A stretch of 64,000 nt of DNA from an uncultured Muribaculaceae bacterium (GTDB taxonomy: Bacteria; Bacteroidota; Bacteroidia; Bacteroidales; Muribaculaceae): the NCBI GenBank assembly GCA_947386115.1, contig CANDNO010000002.1:10965-74964 (forward strand), written 5' to 3'. The position numbers and the translations under genes are program-made. Under the pieces are notes generated by a model. The model did no database searches. It was not told the origin of the DNA and saw only the letters and a list, made by a program, of their open reading frames with translations. Shown here one piece after another: positions 17,578 through 26,500 of this stretch (positions are counted from its first letter, which is position 1; each line of letters begins with the position of its first letter).

Positions 17578-19011
17578 TTATTTTACAAGATACTTCTTGC
17601 CATTTGCCACATAAAGACCGGGGGCAAGAGTCTGGATCTCGGCCTCGTTCTCGGTGCGCAGAACCTGGATACCCTGGAGGTTGTAAACGGTGATGACCTT
17701 GTTCTCCTGAGCGTCAACGGTAACGTCGTCGACACCTGCTCCGGGCTTCCAGTTAGCACCGTGCTGGAACCACAGTTTAACGTTGTCTACATAGCACTGG
17801 TTGAGGCAGGGGAAGAAACCGATGCTGACAGAAAAGCTGGTCTTTTTGCCCATCTCCTCACATGTCTGCTCGGCATCCCAGTGAACAGGGGTTTTAACTG
17901 CATCGTCACCCTCACCCTCGGTGATCTCGAAATCGCGGGCTTTCCAAGCGATTCCTGAGGGCTTGAATGATACGTGGTGCCACTCGTTGACGGTGGGAAG
18001 AGCTGCGTTGCCGCAATCCGAGCCGTTATCGTTGCTTTCGATGCTCCAGGGAGCGTCCTTGATTTTCAAAACGGGAGCACCGTTCTTGCCGGGGAACTCG
18101 TCAGAATTAGTTAAGTTAACACCGGGAGTCTCAGTCTCATAGATGTCATACTCAACCTCGCGGAGGTCATCAAATGTGTATCCTTCGGGACAATTGATAT
18201 AATCCCAGATAAAGATATTGCTGTAGCCACCGTAGATGATGTGGGCACACTTGTTGTTGTAACCTTCGGGACCCATATCCACGATCATGTCGGCACGATT
18301 AATGCTATGTCCGTTCGAGCCAAGGAACGGCGAGCCGGCCTCGTTGGCTTCCCAGTCGTCAAAGTCGATTGTGACACAGGGCGCAGTTGACTTGTCGAGA
18401 GCAGCCTCGTCGAGCTCGCGCTGGGTCATCTCCTTCTCAAAATAGAAAGTGATGTCGTCGATATAGTAGCGGGTGCTACCGTTGAAACCGAAAGCGAAGC
18501 CGAAGGTCATAGCACTCATACCGTCGGCCGACAGAGCAAACTCGGTGGCGTCGAATGTAGCGGTAGTCCACTCGTTGAACACGATCTCGTCGGCAGGAGC
18601 CACGGGCTCACCAAAGGCATTGCTGCTGCCGGCAGCGAGGAACTGTATGCGCAGGGGCACATCGGGATTCTCGATTGTGGCCTTGTAGGTAACGGTGACC
18701 ATAAGAAGGTCCTTGAGGGCGCAACCGCCGGGTGCCGAGATGCTGGGGATACGGGCAAAGGTGCTCCATACATCAGGATTTTCACCGCTGTAGCCCGACA
18801 CATATACGCAGTGGCCCTGAACGCCATCAGGATCCTCTACGACTACAATCTTATCGTTGGGGCCACCCCAGAATGAGTTATACTTGGTACCGAGCGCTAC
18901 ATCCTCAAAGTTCAAGCAGAGCTCCTGCGATACTGTCTCGGCCATCGAAGGCAGTGCACATACTGTGCCAAGGGCGATGGCAGCAAGTGTTTTGTGGTAA
19001 TTAAGTTTCAT
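17578..19011 (-). CDS. Non-catalytic secreted protein with two CBM-like beta-sandwich modules and a T9SS C-terminal sorting domain
   Basis: SPI signal peptide. Module 1 runs LNFEDVALGTKY...YYIDDITFYF and module 2 runs IDFDDWEANE...CYVDNVKLWF. The C-terminus ITVYNLQGIQVLRTENEAEIQTLAPGLYVANGKKYLVK is a classic T9SS CTD pattern. Confidence 0.6.
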   Translation of the reverse strand: MKLNYHKTLAAIALGTVCALPSMAETVSQELCLNFEDVALGTKYNSFWGGPNDKIVVVEDPDGVQGHCVYVSGYSGENPDVWSTFARIPSISAPGGCALKDLLMVTVTYKATIENPDVPLRIQFLAAGSSNAFGEPVAPADEIVFNEWTTATFDATEFALSADGMSAMTFGFAFGFNGSTRYYIDDITFYFEKEMTQRELDEAALDKSTAPCVTIDFDDWEANEAGSPFLGSNGHSINRADMIVDMGPEGYNNKCAHIIYGGYSNIFIWDYINCPEGYTFDDLREVEYDIYETETPGVNLTNSDEFPGKNGAPVLKIKDAPWSIESNDNGSDCGNAALPTVNEWHHVSFKPSGIAWKARDFEITEGEGDDAVKTPVHWDAEQTCEEMGKKTSFSVSIGFFPCLNQCYVDNVKLWFQHGANWKPGAGVDDVTVDAQENKVITVYNLQGIQVLRTENEAEIQTLAPGLYVANGKKYLVK

Positions 19012-19103
19012 AAACTTAGATTTTAAGTGAGTAAGAAATTAGTTTTTTTAATTGCCGGGGCGCAGGGATTGCGGTAACCGCGCCCCGGCAAGGTGTTTTT
19101 GAA

Positions 19104-21935
19104 TTAATCAATAGGTTCAATAATCATATTGTCAAGGTAGAGCGAGCACGAAGCGGCGGCGCTGGCCTTAAGCTCGACCATGCTCTTGCCGGCGGGCAGA
19201 TACACGGCGGTGGCCGATGTGTACCAGATGGTGCGGTCGCTGCCGCTCTGGGTGAACACGGGCGAGGCAACCTTGTCGCCGTTGACATAGAGGTCGAATG
19301 TAGTAACGTCGGCAGTTTCGGCGCGATAACGGAACTTGACTGAGTAGCGTCCGCCCTCGATCACGCTCACCTCGTCGCGCACGGCGGCGTTACGGCTTGT
19401 ACCCATGAGGATATAGCCCTGGCCGGTGTAGTTGCGCACGTCGAAGTCGTAACCGCTGGTGCGGCGCGAACCGATGCTCTTGAAGTCGAACACCTCGGCC
19501 TCATACTGGCGTGGACCGTAGTAGAGGTTGGGACGACCGGGCACCTGAATAGTCGATGGAGTATATTCGGTAAGGCGGTCGGTACCGTTGCCCGAGCAGG
19601 AGATTGCCAAGTCAAGCGGACCGTTGTGCTCGATGGTGAGTGTGAGCACGCCGTCGCTCCACTTCTCGTCAAGCTTGGCGGTAGCCTCGGCACGGGGAGT
19701 CATCGTCACGGCGGGCTTGGCGCCGGCACCCTTGATGCGTATCTCAGAGATAACAGGCTTGCCAGTAACGTCGTAGTGGGTGAGATAGCATGTGAGGCGG
19801 TCGGCATATTCCTTCCACACGGCAGTAGTGAAGGTCTCGAAGGTGAAGTCGATGCTCTCGCAAGTGTTGTACTTGAAGGGAACAGTGGCTGTCTTGACGC
19901 TATTCCAGGGGTTGTAGGTAACCCATGTGTTCTCGTGACGGCCGGCAAAGAGGTCGCCGGTGTATTCCTGCGGGAACTCGCGGTTGAGTTCGCGGGTCTT
20001 GGCCGAAGTGTTGGCCCAAGAGCCTACGATCTCGCTCTGGTTGCGCACGTGGGCAAACTTGGAAGCCATGCCGCCGGCAAACTCGGCGATGACGGGCATC
20101 GCGGGATAGCGGCCGGTCTTGCGCAGGTAGAAGTGATTGTCCTCGCGGCCACCGTCATGGTCGAGAGCTCCGATACCCTGGTGGAACCACTTGGGCAGGC
20201 AGTATTTCTCGATTTCGGCACCCGAATTGATATCCTGGATGATGGCATACTTGCATCGTGCTATCACCTCGTCGCGAGTCATAAGGCGTATGGTGCCGTC
20301 GAGAATCTTGCGATAGAGGTCCATGTCGATGTTGCGGAACTGGGGGAAGGTCTCCCAGTTGCGGGTCTGATAGCCGTCGCCGGCGCTTACTGCGCCGGTC
20401 TCCTTGAAGTCCTGCTGCCAGATGAGCTCGGGGCCGTCGAATACCGTCTGGCCGGTGAGCGTCGTATGCTCCAGTTTAAGAGCCGCACCGAGAGCCACGG
20501 GGAAGTCGGCTTCCTTGTCGCTGAGGTTGTAATACTTGGCAGCCCACTCGTTCCAGGCACACTGGTCGAAGCGCAGGCCATAGTTGTCGGCATGACCCGA
20601 CATCCACACGCCCAGACACTCGGCCTCGACATCGAAGAAGCAGCCCGACTGTGTGTACTTCTCACACATGATGAAGTTCTCGGAGTACATGGCCGACGTG
20701 GCGGCAAACTCGGGATTGCGCTTGATCATGGCAACGGGGTTGATGGGAGCCGACCAGTAGTTGGCACAGAAGCTCACAACGAGATAGCCTCCATACTCGT
20801 GGGTGAGTTTGAGGAGCTCGTTCCAGTGGGCCACGCGCTGGAACCATGAGGGAGAGTAAAGAGCGTCGGTCGAATCAAATCCCCAGAACTGCTCGCAGTA
20901 GTTGAAGCCGAGGAAGTTGGGGTACTCGAAGAATTCCTTGTACATACCGTATTTCTCCTCGTCAAACTGCGCGTAGCTGTCGACGTCGGGGAAGTGGCTG
21001 TAGCCGCCCGACGAGGGCTGGATCATAGCCCACAGATTGCGTTCGGCACAGGTGCGCAGCCACGATTTCACTGTCTCATAGCCATATTCGCTCACCTTGA
21101 AGCGTGCGGTAGACTCGTCGTGGCTCACCGAGAGTGAAAGGTTGAAAATACAGTAGGGAAGGATATCCTCGGGGATGAGGTCGATGATCTTGGCGGGGTC
21201 GGCATAGTTCCAGCAGTCGATGTGTACGAGCCATGCAGGATTGTTCACGTCGATGGGACGGCGCAGCTGACCCTTGAGGGGATCGTCGGGGCGGCTCGTG
21301 CCACCGCCGGCTGCAAGCTGCAGGGGCTCGGTATCGTCGCTGAAGTAGACGGTGATGTTCTCGGGGTCGGTGATATCGACCGAGCTGATGGCGCTCACCT
21401 GCTCGCCGCGCGAGGCGGGACGGAGCACGGTCTTGCCATAGTCGAGAGCGTCGATTACCCACTCGCCGTGCTCGTTGATGCTCACGCGGGGAGTGATGGC
21501 GCGCGCACCGGTGACACAGATGCGACCGTCGGGATCGTTCTCGGGAGCAAGCCACTCGCCGTCGGCGGTCCAGTAGTACACACCATCATCGCCGGGCATG
21601 GCCGCGATGGTGGGTGTATAGGTCACGTCGGCCTGCGGATAGTCGCTGAGCGCTCCCACACGGGTCTTGAGTGCCACGGTATTGCCGTCGGTAAACTCGA
21701 TCATGTAGCCGGCATCGTCGGTAAGCACCGTGGTCTTCAGCACCTTGGCGCCGGTTTCCTTGGCCTCGACAAAGCTGCGTATGGCTGCTACGTTGGCATT
21801 GATATTGTCAACGGGAGCCTCGCTTGCCTCGGGTTTCAGAACCGGAGCCTCGAACTCCTTGTCGTCACAGGCGACGAATGTAGCCGCCAGTGCCGACAGA
21901 AGTAAGGCTTGTGTGAATATACGATTGATTTTCAT
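19104..21935 (-). CDS. Large lipoprotein, putative glycoside hydrolase (possibly GH98-like) with a C-terminal CBM6/35-like module
   Basis: 943 aa with a lipobox (TFVAC). The N-terminal module contains ..GVYYWTADGEWL.. The central region looks TIM-barrel-like (WLVHIDCWNY...NLSLS...WAMIQPSSGG). The C-terminus is YEAEVFDFKSIGSRR...YTGQGYILMG...RYSVKFRYRAE. The family is guessed from PUL context, not verified. Confidence 0.4.
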   Translation of the reverse strand: MKINRIFTQALLLSALAATFVACDDKEFEAPVLKPEASEAPVDNINANVAAIRSFVEAKETGAKVLKTTVLTDDAGYMIEFTDGNTVALKTRVGALSDYPQADVTYTPTIAAMPGDDGVYYWTADGEWLAPENDPDGRICVTGARAITPRVSINEHGEWVIDALDYGKTVLRPASRGEQVSAISSVDITDPENITVYFSDDTEPLQLAAGGGTSRPDDPLKGQLRRPIDVNNPAWLVHIDCWNYADPAKIIDLIPEDILPYCIFNLSLSVSHDESTARFKVSEYGYETVKSWLRTCAERNLWAMIQPSSGGYSHFPDVDSYAQFDEEKYGMYKEFFEYPNFLGFNYCEQFWGFDSTDALYSPSWFQRVAHWNELLKLTHEYGGYLVVSFCANYWSAPINPVAMIKRNPEFAATSAMYSENFIMCEKYTQSGCFFDVEAECLGVWMSGHADNYGLRFDQCAWNEWAAKYYNLSDKEADFPVALGAALKLEHTTLTGQTVFDGPELIWQQDFKETGAVSAGDGYQTRNWETFPQFRNIDMDLYRKILDGTIRLMTRDEVIARCKYAIIQDINSGAEIEKYCLPKWFHQGIGALDHDGGREDNHFYLRKTGRYPAMPVIAEFAGGMASKFAHVRNQSEIVGSWANTSAKTRELNREFPQEYTGDLFAGRHENTWVTYNPWNSVKTATVPFKYNTCESIDFTFETFTTAVWKEYADRLTCYLTHYDVTGKPVISEIRIKGAGAKPAVTMTPRAEATAKLDEKWSDGVLTLTIEHNGPLDLAISCSGNGTDRLTEYTPSTIQVPGRPNLYYGPRQYEAEVFDFKSIGSRRTSGYDFDVRNYTGQGYILMGTSRNAAVRDEVSVIEGGRYSVKFRYRAETADVTTFDLYVNGDKVASPVFTQSGSDRTIWYTSATAVYLPAGKSMVELKASAAASCSLYLDNMIIEPID

Positions 21936-21947
21936 ATTCTTAAGTTA

Positions 21948-23618
21948 CTATTTGGTGAGTCCGTAAACGAGACCCTCATAGATGAAGTTGCGGTTGCCGT
22001 CGGCACACCAGGGAGCCACACCGGCGGCATCGTCGAGCACGCGTGCGAGACTGAAGCCGGCAGCTTTATCGCCCATAGCGGCACGGTAGGCCGAAAGTAC
22101 AGCCTCGTAATACTCGCCTATGGCTTTGCGCTCTGAGATGGTGATAGTGTTGGGATCAACGGCAATACCGTTGCGGTCGACAACACGTACCGAGAAGTTG
22201 GAAACTCTCACCTTCTTGTCGAGAACGTTAAGAGACTGCATGGCTGCTACGGCAGCGGCCTCGTTCTCGACCTGGGTCTTGTGATCCTCAGAGAAGGTGG
22301 CCGAGAGCACCAGATTAACGCCGTCGACCTTGACGCCCTTGGCTTCGAGAGCCGCAACGGCACCCTTGAGATCGGCTACATCCTGTGCAGTGTTCTTATT
22401 GACGGTGAGTGTCTGGCTCACGTAGTAGTTGACGGGAGTCTCGGAAGCGCTGTTAAGCTTGGCCTGAACCTTGGCAACGTAGTCGTCGCCCAGATAGTCG
22501 GCCCAGTTGAATGTGGCGCTCTCGTCGTCGAAGGGCTCATCATAGATGATCATGTCCTGGGCGCCTGCCGATGCTGCGGCAAGGCCGTCGACCCACTTGT
22601 CAAGCTCGCTCTGAACGATGGCTGTCTTCTCCTCGTCGCTCTTCTCAATGACGGTGTCGTCGCCGGTGAGGTGGTCGACATAGATCTGGATATCATCGAC
22701 GTAGCATGTGATTTTGTTACCGTAGGCACCGAGGGCCAGGGCAAACGAGGTCAACTGGCGCTGGGTGGCATTGAACTTGAAGTTGTCGGCATTGACAAGG
22801 AAGTCATACTGCACCCACTTGCCCGAGGCCTTGTGGTCGTTGGTGGTCAATGTCTTACCTACATTGTCGATTACGATACGCGAGCCGGTGGGGGTGCCTG
22901 TATCCTCGCGGTAGCACTTGAACGAGATGCGGGTCACATCGCCTAAGGTAACACCCTGGGGGAGTGTGATGCGGTCGATCTTGGGAAGGTCAAGCAGCAG
23001 CTGTGTGCCCTTGAGCACATGGCCATGTGTTCCGGCGGGATCTGGATCCTCGACAATCTCGACAGCCACCTTTCCGGCAGTCTTCTTGGCCGAGGGATAC
23101 TTGGTGCCGAGAGCCACGCCCTCGAAGTTCTCAGCATCGATAATCTCAGACCAGGGCTCGTAGGGGATTACCTCGGGGGCAATCATCTGGGCATAACGGT
23201 CGAATGGGAAGTTGACGAGCGAGCAGTAGGCGGGACCGAACACCGAAACACCGGCCTCGCCGGCTGTCTCGACGAGCGACTTAAGGCCGCTGAGGTCATA
23301 TTGACCTTCAGCGTCGATAAGATTCTGGGGCAGGAAACGTCCGGGAGCCTCAACCTGTGAGAAATTGTTCTTGATGATGCTGTAGACAAGAGTTTTCTTC
23401 TCAAAGTCGGCAGGATTGACCGATGTTCCCATGGTTACGTCGCCCTCGCCTGCATAGTCGGCGAGCACACCATACTGCGAGAGGTGGGCAGCCATCTGCG
23501 AGTCATACGGCGCGTCGGGCACGGGTATGGTGACGTCGTAATCCTCGTCACAGGCTGTAAGGCCGGCGATAGCCACCGCCACCGCTATTGTGGTTTTGAT
23601 ATATTTCATGTGGATCAT
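21948..23618 (-). CDS. GH10-derived lipoprotein with an inserted CBM-like module; the catalytic residues appear to be substituted
   Basis: Lipobox (GLTAC). The order of GH10-like blocks is preserved but degenerate. NNFSQVEAPGRF replaces FN.vt.eNemKw. SVFGPAYCS replaces vrGHtLvW. IIYDEPF replaces WDVVNE. VDGVNLVLSA replaces IDGIGmQsH. VRVSNFSV replaces i.iTELDv. The insert at aa 158-315 contains NFEGVALGTKY...CYVDDIQIY. The alternative start is 23609. Confidence 0.55.
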   Translation of the reverse strand: MIHMKYIKTTIAVAVAIAGLTACDEDYDVTIPVPDAPYDSQMAAHLSQYGVLADYAGEGDVTMGTSVNPADFEKKTLVYSIIKNNFSQVEAPGRFLPQNLIDAEGQYDLSGLKSLVETAGEAGVSVFGPAYCSLVNFPFDRYAQMIAPEVIPYEPWSEIIDAENFEGVALGTKYPSAKKTAGKVAVEIVEDPDPAGTHGHVLKGTQLLLDLPKIDRITLPQGVTLGDVTRISFKCYREDTGTPTGSRIVIDNVGKTLTTNDHKASGKWVQYDFLVNADNFKFNATQRQLTSFALALGAYGNKITCYVDDIQIYVDHLTGDDTVIEKSDEEKTAIVQSELDKWVDGLAAASAGAQDMIIYDEPFDDESATFNWADYLGDDYVAKVQAKLNSASETPVNYYVSQTLTVNKNTAQDVADLKGAVAALEAKGVKVDGVNLVLSATFSEDHKTQVENEAAAVAAMQSLNVLDKKVRVSNFSVRVVDRNGIAVDPNTITISERKAIGEYYEAVLSAYRAAMGDKAAGFSLARVLDDAAGVAPWCADGNRNFIYEGLVYGLTK

Positions 23619-23627
23619 GGATTAGGT

Positions 23628-24668
23628 TTATTTGACTTCGATTGAGGGATATACGGGCTTGATACCGCGGTCGCGCACCACCAGGTAATCGTCGGTCTTG
23701 AGCGACCAGCCGGGAGCTGTCACCTCATAGGTGAGACGGAGCAGGTCGCGCGGCTCGCCGTTGATGACGTTCTTCTCGCCGTCGGTGATGAATTCGCCGC
23801 TGCCGGTGATGGTCATCGAGGGGTCGGCCGACGATATGGTGCACTTGCCGTCCTCGCCAAACGCGAGGTTAAGTTTAAAGCGGTAAACGTGGTCGGCGTC
23901 GGTGCGTGTGGAGAGTTCGGCTGTACACTCGCGATAGGCCGAGGTGACTACCGATACGAGCTCGTCGTTGATGACATAGTCTTTCTTACGAGTGATCTCG
24001 GTGGTAACGCCATCCACAGTGAGACGGTCGGTGCCGCGACGCAGGTAGTTGGCGTGCCAGGGGTTCACGTAGCGCAGGAAGTAGAGCACATAGTCCTTGG
24101 GCTGTACGCTCCAGTCGGACGGCTTTACGCGAACGGGATTGGCCACTGAGGGCTTGCCCTGAAGTATCGAGTCAACACCTATGGCGCTCTCCATTACAAG
24201 GGGGAGCACATAGTTGAAGTCGAGAGCTTTGGGATCGTTGAAGAAGGCGTCGGTGAGCTGTACCACGACACCGCCGTCATGAGAACCCGAGGGGATGGTG
24301 ATAGCGCCGCTCTCGAGAGTGTAATACTCGGCGGGAAGCGGAGTGGCCTTGAGACCGCCATACTCGGCGGTGAGATACAGGTTGTCACACAGGCTCTCGT
24401 CGACCTTGATGTTGATGATGCGGTCGCGGTTGTTCTCGTAGACACCGCCCATCACGGCCTTAACCCGGAAACGGTGCTGGTTGTCATCGGTAACGTCGGC
24501 CTCCGGTTCCTTGCCCAGCTCGATGGTACGGCCGGCAGTGGGACGTGCGAAGTAGACTGTCTGGTAGTCGAAATCGGGGAACTCGTTGTCACCGTTGTGA
24601 CAAGAAGTCATCAGAGTCGACGCAACCGCTGCAATAGTGAATATCTTGATTATTTTCATTGCTGTCAT
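23628..24668 (-). CDS. DUF1735-like lipoprotein in the xusE position
   Basis: Lipobox (LMTSC). The N-terminal DNEFPDFDYQTVYFA motif is typical of DUF1735-type PUL lipoproteins. It lies immediately downstream of susD. Confidence 0.55.
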   Translation of the reverse strand: MTAMKIIKIFTIAAVASTLMTSCHNGDNEFPDFDYQTVYFARPTAGRTIELGKEPEADVTDDNQHRFRVKAVMGGVYENNRDRIINIKVDESLCDNLYLTAEYGGLKATPLPAEYYTLESGAITIPSGSHDGGVVVQLTDAFFNDPKALDFNYVLPLVMESAIGVDSILQGKPSVANPVRVKPSDWSVQPKDYVLYFLRYVNPWHANYLRRGTDRLTVDGVTTEITRKKDYVINDELVSVVTSAYRECTAELSTRTDADHVYRFKLNLAFGEDGKCTISSADPSMTITGSGEFITDGEKNVINGEPRDLLRLTYEVTAPGWSLKTDDYLVVRDRGIKPVYPSIEVK

Positions 24669-24694
24669 TTTTATTTGATAATGAAATAATTGGA

Positions 24695-26476
24695 TTACCA
24701 GCCCATGTTCTGGAGCAGGTTGCTGAACTTGAGCACCTCACCCTCGGGCAGGGGACCATAGTACATGTGATCGCTGTAAGAGCGCTCCTCGACCTGGGGT
24801 ATGGGGGTATAGACGCTGTTGTTGGTGATGTTCACACCGCGGGCGCTCTCGTTGAGATCGGCTTTCCAGCGACGCAGGTCGTAGAAGCGGAAGCCCTCGA
24901 AGCAGAGCTCGAGACGACGCTCGTTACGAATGAGTTCACGCATCTTGTCGGGGCTTGTGGCACACTCTTCGAGATAGGGGTCGATCGAGATGCCAAGCGC
25001 GCGCTGGCGTATAGCCTTGATGACGTCGTAAGCCGAGTAGCCGTGCGAGCCGCTGCCCTTGGGGCCCCAAACCTCGTTGGCAGCCTCGGCGTAGGCGAGG
25101 AATATCTCGGTGTAACGGATGCGGGGGTTGAAGTGACGCTTGGGCTGCTTGCCGCCGGGGGTGCAGTTGACATCCATGCGCAGGCGCTTCTTCATGTAGT
25201 AGCCCGTGCGGGTCGAGGTCTCGCGCTTGTTGAGGCCGTCGGCGGTCGAAGCGTCAGAACCGGTGTTGATCACTGTGTTCGAAACGCCGGCCTTGCTGCC
25301 GTTGTAGATGATGTAGTGGCCCAGGCGCGGGTCGCGGCCGTTGTAGGGGTTAGACTCGTCATATTTGGCGCGGCTGTCATCGATGGGGTAACCGTTGGCC
25401 ATGGGGAACGCGTCGACAAGATTCTGGGTGGGGTTGCAGAGGCCCTTGCCATAGAGCGACGGGGGGAAGAAGTTCTCCTCCTGGGTTGTCGTACCGTCGG
25501 TCTTGTTGTCAAGATTCTCACGCCATATTATCTCCTTGGGGTTGGTGCCGTCACCGAGAGCCTCGATATCGGCAGTATTGCAATAATATGTGAGACCCTT
25601 CTTGTCCATTCCGGCGGGACCACCTATGTAGTCGAGCACGTCGGCAGCGGCATCGGCAGCAGCATCCCATGTAGAATTGGAAGCCTCAAAGGCGGGGCTT
25701 GCAGCCAGGAGGCAGATGCGGGCCTTGTAGGCACGGGCGATAAGGCCGTTGAAAAGCTGGCGGGCCGATCGACCGAACACGCGGTTGTAGGTCTGGGCCG
25801 AAGCGGTGTACTGGCTGAAGGGGGCGGGCACGGCGTCCTCGAGCGACATGTCCTCATACTCCAAGGGGAGGTTGGCCTCGGCATACTCGAGGTCGGCCAG
25901 GGCAAATTTCACACAATCCTCAAACGAGGCACGGGGCATGTTGAAATCATCGTTCACGCCCATGAAACGGTCGAGCATAGGCACGCCCTGCAGGGTACCG
26001 TCGGTAGCCACACCGCCAAACTCGCGCAGGAGGTGGAACATGAACATGCCGCGCATACCGCGAGCCTCGGCCATAGTGCGCATCTTGAACAGGTCGGCAG
26101 CCTCGGGATCCTTGGCCCATGCAACCTTCTCGGCGTTCTCGAGGAACTGGTTGATGTTCAGTATCGAGTGCATCCAGGTGTTCCAGCTGTTGCTCCAGCG
26201 CCAGTGGGTGGCGGTCCAGCCGCCCTGGGCTATCTTGCGGTAGTCGTTGTTGATGTCGTTGCACACGGCGTCGTCGGTAGCGTAATCGTTCTCGCTGTAG
26301 TAGCCGGGGACGTTACGGTAAACGTTGAGCAGGAAGCCCTGTGCATAGGTCGCGTCGTCATACATCTGGTCGAGGTCCTTGAGGTTCTCCTTCTGGGGCT
26401 CGAACACGTCGTCACAGGCGGTAAGGCTCATGGCTGCGCCCAATGCAACAATCAGTGACTTATATATTTTTTTCAT
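24695..26476 (-). CDS. SusD/RagB-family lipoprotein (second pair, xusD position)
   Basis: Lipobox (SLTAC) and the SusD signature ERRLELCFEGFRFYDLRRWK. Confidence 0.9.
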   Translation of the reverse strand: MKKIYKSLIVALGAAMSLTACDDVFEPQKENLKDLDQMYDDATYAQGFLLNVYRNVPGYYSENDYATDDAVCNDINNDYRKIAQGGWTATHWRWSNSWNTWMHSILNINQFLENAEKVAWAKDPEAADLFKMRTMAEARGMRGMFMFHLLREFGGVATDGTLQGVPMLDRFMGVNDDFNMPRASFEDCVKFALADLEYAEANLPLEYEDMSLEDAVPAPFSQYTASAQTYNRVFGRSARQLFNGLIARAYKARICLLAASPAFEASNSTWDAAADAAADVLDYIGGPAGMDKKGLTYYCNTADIEALGDGTNPKEIIWRENLDNKTDGTTTQEENFFPPSLYGKGLCNPTQNLVDAFPMANGYPIDDSRAKYDESNPYNGRDPRLGHYIIYNGSKAGVSNTVINTGSDASTADGLNKRETSTRTGYYMKKRLRMDVNCTPGGKQPKRHFNPRIRYTEIFLAYAEAANEVWGPKGSGSHGYSAYDVIKAIRQRALGISIDPYLEECATSPDKMRELIRNERRLELCFEGFRFYDLRRWKADLNESARGVNITNNSVYTPIPQVEERSYSDHMYYGPLPEGEVLKFSNLLQNMGW

Positions 26477-26500
26477 TTTCGATATCTTGATTACTTGTTA

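Noticed and set aside
19626-20849. A 407-aa plus-strand ORF.
   Set aside because: It is antisense to the 943-aa lipoprotein gene. It has no signal or domain features and shows a GC-rich antisense artefact pattern.
24659-26458. A 599-aa plus-strand ORF.
   Set aside because: It is antisense to a SusD homologue with a lipobox and the ER..EL..EG.R..DLRRW signature. The translation is a G/V/A/H-rich artefact.
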